The notes beneath the pieces were generated by a model, which saw only the letters and a program-made list of their open reading frames with translations, ran no database searches and was not told where the DNA came from. Made by a program: the position numbers and the translations under genes. 62,103 nt of DNA from a virus (Duplodnaviria > Caudoviricetes). The DNA lies in the IMG/VR virus record IMGVR_UViG_3300034104_002314, positions 1-62,103 of that record; one strand, written 5' to 3'. Positions 58,247-62,103 of this stretch are shown here, in pieces (within the stretch, counting starts at the first letter, position 1; each line of letters begins with the position of its first letter).

Positions 58247-59431
58247 TTATAATTCTAATTTAATAACTTTACCTGGTAACTCTGTATTCATATAAGACCT
58301 TTCTGACAAAACCCATAGAGTGTTACCTCTAGGTTTTACAGAATAACCACATTCACCGTCAGTAAAATACACCAGGCTTGTATATTTTTTAGTGTTGGCA
58401 TTAAAATATTCTAGGACAGGGTCAAACTCAGTTCCACCTCTACCTTGCACAGCCATTTCAAATTTACCTTTGTAAGGTTCAATAGATCTAATAACAGTAT
58501 CACATTGCACTACAGTAATATCCACACCACATTTATAGATGTGATATATCTCACTCATGAATTCTTGTAACTCAGAATCACTCACTGAACCTGAAGTATC
58601 AATAGCTAGCAACATATGCTGTCTCATTTTTACCTTCAGACCAGGATTAGCATCAAATCTGCGGTTCTCCTTTCTTCTAATTTTCTTAGTAAATACCTTA
58701 GTACTTACTCCTGTAAATCTTCTAATATACCCCCGCCAATTAAACTTAGGCTTGACAACTTCTTCAATGATAATTACCCCCTCAATCTCTCCAGGAACAG
58801 TACCCCTCTTCTTGATGGTTTGTTCTTTAGCATCACCAAGCACTTTTTGTAATTGTTTATCAATTAACTTCTGTTCTGCCTCAGTCATGTCTTCAAACTC
58901 TTCCCAGGTAGCATGTTCATCAAGTTCACCATTTGCCATAGCATCTAGTAACTGATCCATAGGTTCATTACCACAAGTACCATTCTTTTCTTTCTCATCT
59001 TGTAGATCCTTCAGTTTGTCATAATAATATCTACAACCAGCTTTTCTATCAAGATTAAGATCAGCATAATTATCTATATCAATACCACCTTCCGGTAGCC
59101 AGTCTTTAGATATATACTGATTAATCTCCATGTCCATTGCAACATTTGCAAGTCTCTTATTACTAAACTTAAAGAAAGTAGTAAGATGTCCAAATGCAAT
59201 ATGCAATAATTCATGTTTCAATAATCCAAGTCTGTGGTTATCACTAAGAGATTCCCAGAACTCAGGATTAATAGCAAGTTGATAATTAATATTATTCTTG
59301 CTTACACCTGCAGTTGGAACTCTTCTAGCATCCCAAACTTTGTTTAGAGCAATAAGAAAGAACCCATAGAAGGGCTCTTTCAGCATCAGCTCTTTACCAA
59401 TTTTACTAAGACTCTGTTGTCTGTCCATCAT
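58247..59431 (-). CDS. DUF2201-type metallopeptidase plus vWA domain protein (MoxR partner)
   Basis: LLKHELLH...NVAMDMEIN, MIDAS motif IDTSGS, GRGGTEF, YFTDGE; likely start MMDRQQ. Confidence 0.88.
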   Translation of the reverse strand: MMDRQQSLSKIGKELMLKEPFYGFFLIALNKVWDARRVPTAGVSKNNINYQLAINPEFWESLSDNHRLGLLKHELLHIAFGHLTTFFKFSNKRLANVAMDMEINQYISKDWLPEGGIDIDNYADLNLDRKAGCRYYYDKLKDLQDEKEKNGTCGNEPMDQLLDAMANGELDEHATWEEFEDMTEAEQKLIDKQLQKVLGDAKEQTIKKRGTVPGEIEGVIIIEEVVKPKFNWRGYIRRFTGVSTKVFTKKIRRKENRRFDANPGLKVKMRQHMLLAIDTSGSVSDSELQEFMSEIYHIYKCGVDITVVQCDTVIRSIEPYKGKFEMAVQGRGGTEFDPVLEYFNANTKKYTSLVYFTDGECGYSVKPRGNTLWVLSERSYMNTELPGKVIKLEL

Positions 59432-59825
59432 CTTTAAATTTAATATCAATTTCAAATTTATCTGTAGGATAGCCAATGGACTCTAACATCCTTGACATAT
59501 CTCTAATAAAGAATTCCATAAATAGCTCAACCGAAGCTTTGGAACCTCTGTGTTTTGTAATCAGACTTAGTGTTTTAGGACTACTAAGTGGTACTTCACT
59601 TACAAATGTATTTTGGAGCCTCATTGCTATTTTATTACAATTTGCTAACCAATTATCCATAGCATGTCCACCATACTTATAGAGAACTAATAGTTCTCCT
59701 ATATACTTCTCAAAATCAACATTCTTTAGAGACTCAAATGCTATAAGATGATTATCTGCATCTTCAGATTGTAACATCATAAGTAAATTCCTTGTTTCTT
59801 CTTTACTAAAAATCATTTTTGCCAT
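59406..59825 (-). CDS. Hypothetical helical protein
   Basis: 139 aa; shares an M.xS.D.DNH..A.E motif with the 444-aa ORF. Confidence 0.7.
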   Translation of the reverse strand: MAKMIFSKEETRNLLMMLQSEDADNHLIAFESLKNVDFEKYIGELLVLYKYGGHAMDNWLANCNKIAMRLQNTFVSEVPLSSPKTLSLITKHRGSKASVELFMEFFIRDMSRMLESIGYPTDKFEIDIKFKDDGQTTES

Positions 59826-60172
59826 CAGTCTTCAATTTTTAAAGTTTTTATTGCCCATTTTTCAGGCTTACCAGATTCAATCATATCAACCCATTCTTTT
59901 GCAGTAGGAATGTAATTGTTGCAATCTTCCTTGACATGCTGCTCACCAACATATCTTACATATACATCTTTACCGTCAGAGTTGGTAATTACCATACCAA
60001 ATCTTTGCTCACATTCAAATATACCTTCACTATGATGTCTAAACATTCTATGCATACTATGACCTACCCAGGCCTTAGTTTCATCAAACCACTCCTCAAT
60101 TGCTATGTAATCTTCCCATTTTCCACCAAACCTCTTCGCGGCTGACTTGGCATGCTGTATTGGATGTGCCAT
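59825..60172 (-). CDS. DUF6915-like protein
   Basis: HPIQHAKS..KRFGG..EDY...WFDETK...HRMFRHHSEGIF...EQHVKED. Confidence 0.75.
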   Translation of the reverse strand: MAHPIQHAKSAAKRFGGKWEDYIAIEEWFDETKAWVGHSMHRMFRHHSEGIFECEQRFGMVITNSDGKDVYVRYVGEQHVKEDCNNYIPTAKEWVDMIESGKPEKWAIKTLKIED

Positions 60173-60354
60173 TACATATTATATGTTATGTGATTAATAA
60201 TTTCATGTTTTGCCTCACCATAACCTTGAGCATAACCCTCATCATAAGCATCTTGATGTAAATCTTGAGCTTTTTGAAGTATCTCACTTTTTAGTTCATC
60301 TGTTAATGTTTGAGTCTCCAACTCATCTATTAACCATCTTTCAAAATCTTCCAT
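60172..60354 (-). CDS. Small acidic hypothetical protein
   Basis: 60 aa; TAATG overlaps with both neighbours. Confidence 0.65.
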   Translation of the reverse strand: MEDFERWLIDELETQTLTDELKSEILQKAQDLHQDAYDEGYAQGYGEAKHEIINHITYNM

Positions 60355-60761
60355 TAGTCTTCTTCTGCTTTATCTAGAATACTACCTTCATGATTAAATG
60401 TTTCATGATCAGTAACTCTAATGTTGTTAGTAATTTCATATTTACCTGAAGGAACACAAATGCATAACTCTCCCCAACCACCTTCATTATTCCACCAATC
60501 TTCTATATCATCAAGAAGTTTGTTTTCTGCAAATGTTTCAAGCTCCATAAAAAGATCATGATCAATATTTAACAACTTTGAATCATCTTCCCAATCTTCT
60601 ATATTATCATTTACATCTTCTGGAGTTTCACAAGGTTTTTTTGTATAACCTATCCATTCTATAGCTCCTGAGTCTCCTCCACCATCATATTTTACTTTAA
60701 CACCTGTAATACCAAAATCAGCCAACCTAAATAGGAGGCTTGTCAATTCTAATTCTGTCAT
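60354..60761 (-). CDS. DUF6878-like protein
   Basis: GITGVKVKYDGGGDSGAIE...DWWNNEGGWG. Confidence 0.7.
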   Translation of the reverse strand: MTELELTSLLFRLADFGITGVKVKYDGGGDSGAIEWIGYTKKPCETPEDVNDNIEDWEDDSKLLNIDHDLFMELETFAENKLLDDIEDWWNNEGGWGELCICVPSGKYEITNNIRVTDHETFNHEGSILDKAEED

Positions 60762-60949
60762 AATCCTGCTTTTTGAATAAAATGTTTTGCTACTTCAGGA
60801 ATGTGTTTCTTATAATAAGGCTGTTCAGACTTACACCAGTTTTTAACTTCTTCCTTTGTAGTAAATTTTTGGTACGGAAATGTTATTTCCAACTCATTGA
60901 TAAAATCTTGTACAGTCCAACCTTCCCAGATGTGCCTGTCATTACTCAT
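60758..60949 (-). CDS. Small hypothetical protein
   Basis: 63 aa; ATGA overlap with the downstream gene. Confidence 0.65.
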   Translation of the reverse strand: MSNDRHIWEGWTVQDFINELEITFPYQKFTTKEEVKNWCKSEQPYYKKHIPEVAKHFIQKAGL

Positions 60950-60950
60950 A

Positions 60951-61376
60951 TTATTTGATTTTATAAAATCTACCTAGTATGTTTCCATTTAGGTATTCTT
61001 CTTTTTCAAGAACCTCTCTTAAAAACTGATACTTAGTTTCAAAATATGTAAGTTCCATTTTGGAAAAACATATCTTGACCATATATCTTTTAATTGGTAT
61101 ACCAGCTTTGTGAGCTTCTTTAAGAACTGCATTACTACTGTAGTAGTTCTGATAACTAGTTTTAGAAACAGTCTCATATTTCTTGTTTCTCTTATCTGTC
61201 ATCTTAGCAACAGCTCTTTTACCAAACTTCTTTTTTGTAGTAGAATAAAAATTCTTCTTACCTACATACCTTACAGACTTACCGTCAATAATGGCTTCCA
61301 TCTCATACACAAATCCTACAGCTCCTTCAGGAATCATATTGTTAGTAAATTCTCTACCTTGATATATCCAGCTCAT
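60951..61376 (-). CDS. GIY-YIG-like small endonuclease
   Basis: Likely start MSWIYQG; GFVY...YVGKK...YYSS...Y.E...YLNGNI pattern. Confidence 0.65.
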   Translation of the reverse strand: MSWIYQGREFTNNMIPEGAVGFVYEMEAIIDGKSVRYVGKKNFYSTTKKKFGKRAVAKMTDKRNKKYETVSKTSYQNYYSSNAVLKEAHKAGIPIKRYMVKICFSKMELTYFETKYQFLREVLEKEEYLNGNILGRFYKIK

Positions 61377-61528
61377 TTGTGTTTGTATCTTTTCATGTTC
61401 CAATCTGCTACAGTATTTACCATAGTAGCTAATATACTTGTTGCTTCTTGCATAGATCTTGCTTCAAAACTTAATCTAGCTTTTGTTATTTTATGTCTAA
61501 AAACATAATCATACATCGGGTCTTTCAT
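61373..61528 (-). CDS. 51-aa hypothetical protein (absent from the ORF track)
   Basis: MKDPMYDYVFRHKITKARLSFEARSMQEATSILATMVNTVADWNMKRYKHK; ATGA overlaps at both ends. Confidence 0.65.
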   Translation of the reverse strand: MKDPMYDYVFRHKITKARLSFEARSMQEATSILATMVNTVADWNMKRYKHK

Positions 61529-62103
61529 AATGCTTGTTTTAATAGTGGAAATAATACTTTTCTTACTTTATCTATACCATGTACTTTGACTGAATCTGAA
61601 AGATCTTTTTCCATTGGTAGCAATATATAGCTAAATCCATACATGTCAGAGTATCTTTGAGCAGCTTTAACACCAGGGTCATCATTGTCAAATAAGACAA
61701 CAATCTTCTGATACTTTAGCTTTAGCTCTACAATAGCTCTTTCTCCAATCATAGTATTCTCACTGTCCGGTGCTATAGCTTCAATATTACTAATACCTAG
61801 TTTATTGAATGCCATAAGATCCTTTAGTGAAGATGTGATAATAAGATATTTACAATCATACTTTAACTGATCTGTGCCCTGGATATAATTCTCAACCTTG
61901 ATGAATTTCTTCTGTGTACTCTTAGGCATGTAGATTTTATACAAACTACCATCATTCCTAAAATACCCATAAGTATGTGACTTTCTAAATGTATGTGAAG
62001 TTATACTACCATCCTGTTCAGTTTTGCTCATGGTAAAGAAAGCTAAAGGAACTACATTATATCTATCAAGCATTCCAGATCCAATCTTGAAACCCATCCA
62101 ATA
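61525..62103 (-). CDS. DNA primase TOPRIM domain (5'-truncated)
   Basis: LIITSSLKD...APDSE...VLFDNDDPG...KDLSD; frame open to the window edge. Confidence 0.85.
   Translation of the reverse strand, partial: YWMGFKIGSGMLDRYNVVPLAFFTMSKTEQDGSITSHTFRKSHTYGYFRNDGSLYKIYMPKSTQKKFIKVENYIQGTDQLKYDCKYLIITSSLKDLMAFNKLGISNIEAIAPDSENTMIGERAIVELKLKYQKIVVLFDNDDPGVKAAQRYSDMYGFSYILLPMEKDLSDSVKVHGIDKVRKVLFPLLKQAL

Noticed and set aside
1-62103. Stop-codon reassignment, known in some crAss-like phages
   Set aside because: Genes are long and tightly packed under the standard code, and TAA, TGA and TAG all appear as real stops.
1-62103. CRISPR array, tRNA, or diversity-generating retroelement
   Set aside because: No regularly spaced repeats, cloverleaf, reverse transcriptase or template/variable repeat pair seen by eye.

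Overview
This AT-rich window is a segment of a large crAss-like (Crassvirales-type) phage genome; Bacteroidota-type promoter boxes and A-rich, Shine-Dalgarno-free leaders suggest a Bacteroidota host. The + strand (1-48435) is the virion module. It runs from capsid-associated genes through Cys-rich structural and fibre genes, an IHF/HU-like gene, tail ring, tubular and stabilisation genes and a small SET-domain gene to the internal cargo genes, interrupted by an HNH-AP2 endonuclease. It ends with three giant proteins of 2178, 3549 and 1943 aa, the middle one being the virion RNA polymerase (GGDFDVDK). The - strand (48458-62103) is the replication module: MazG-like pyrophosphatase, DUF932-like protein, family B DNA polymerase, PD-(D/E)xK nuclease, a MoxR-like AAA+ ATPase split in its Walker A motif by a 1085-nt group I intron with a GIY-YIG ORF, a vWA/metallopeptidase, DUF6915/DUF6878-like genes and a truncated primase. 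Three observations stand out. (1) The three giant proteins have only four cysteines in about 7670 residues, all at the facing ends of neighbouring proteins, suggesting a head-to-tail disulfide-linked ejection chain. (2) A minimal SET methyltransferase shares xxGG motifs and a C-terminal tag with the neighbouring cargo protein, suggesting a packaged, injected effector. (3) The intron guide sequence lies in the last codons of the homing endonuclease and in the loop of a competing hairpin. Family assignments come from motif recognition by eye; no searches were run.
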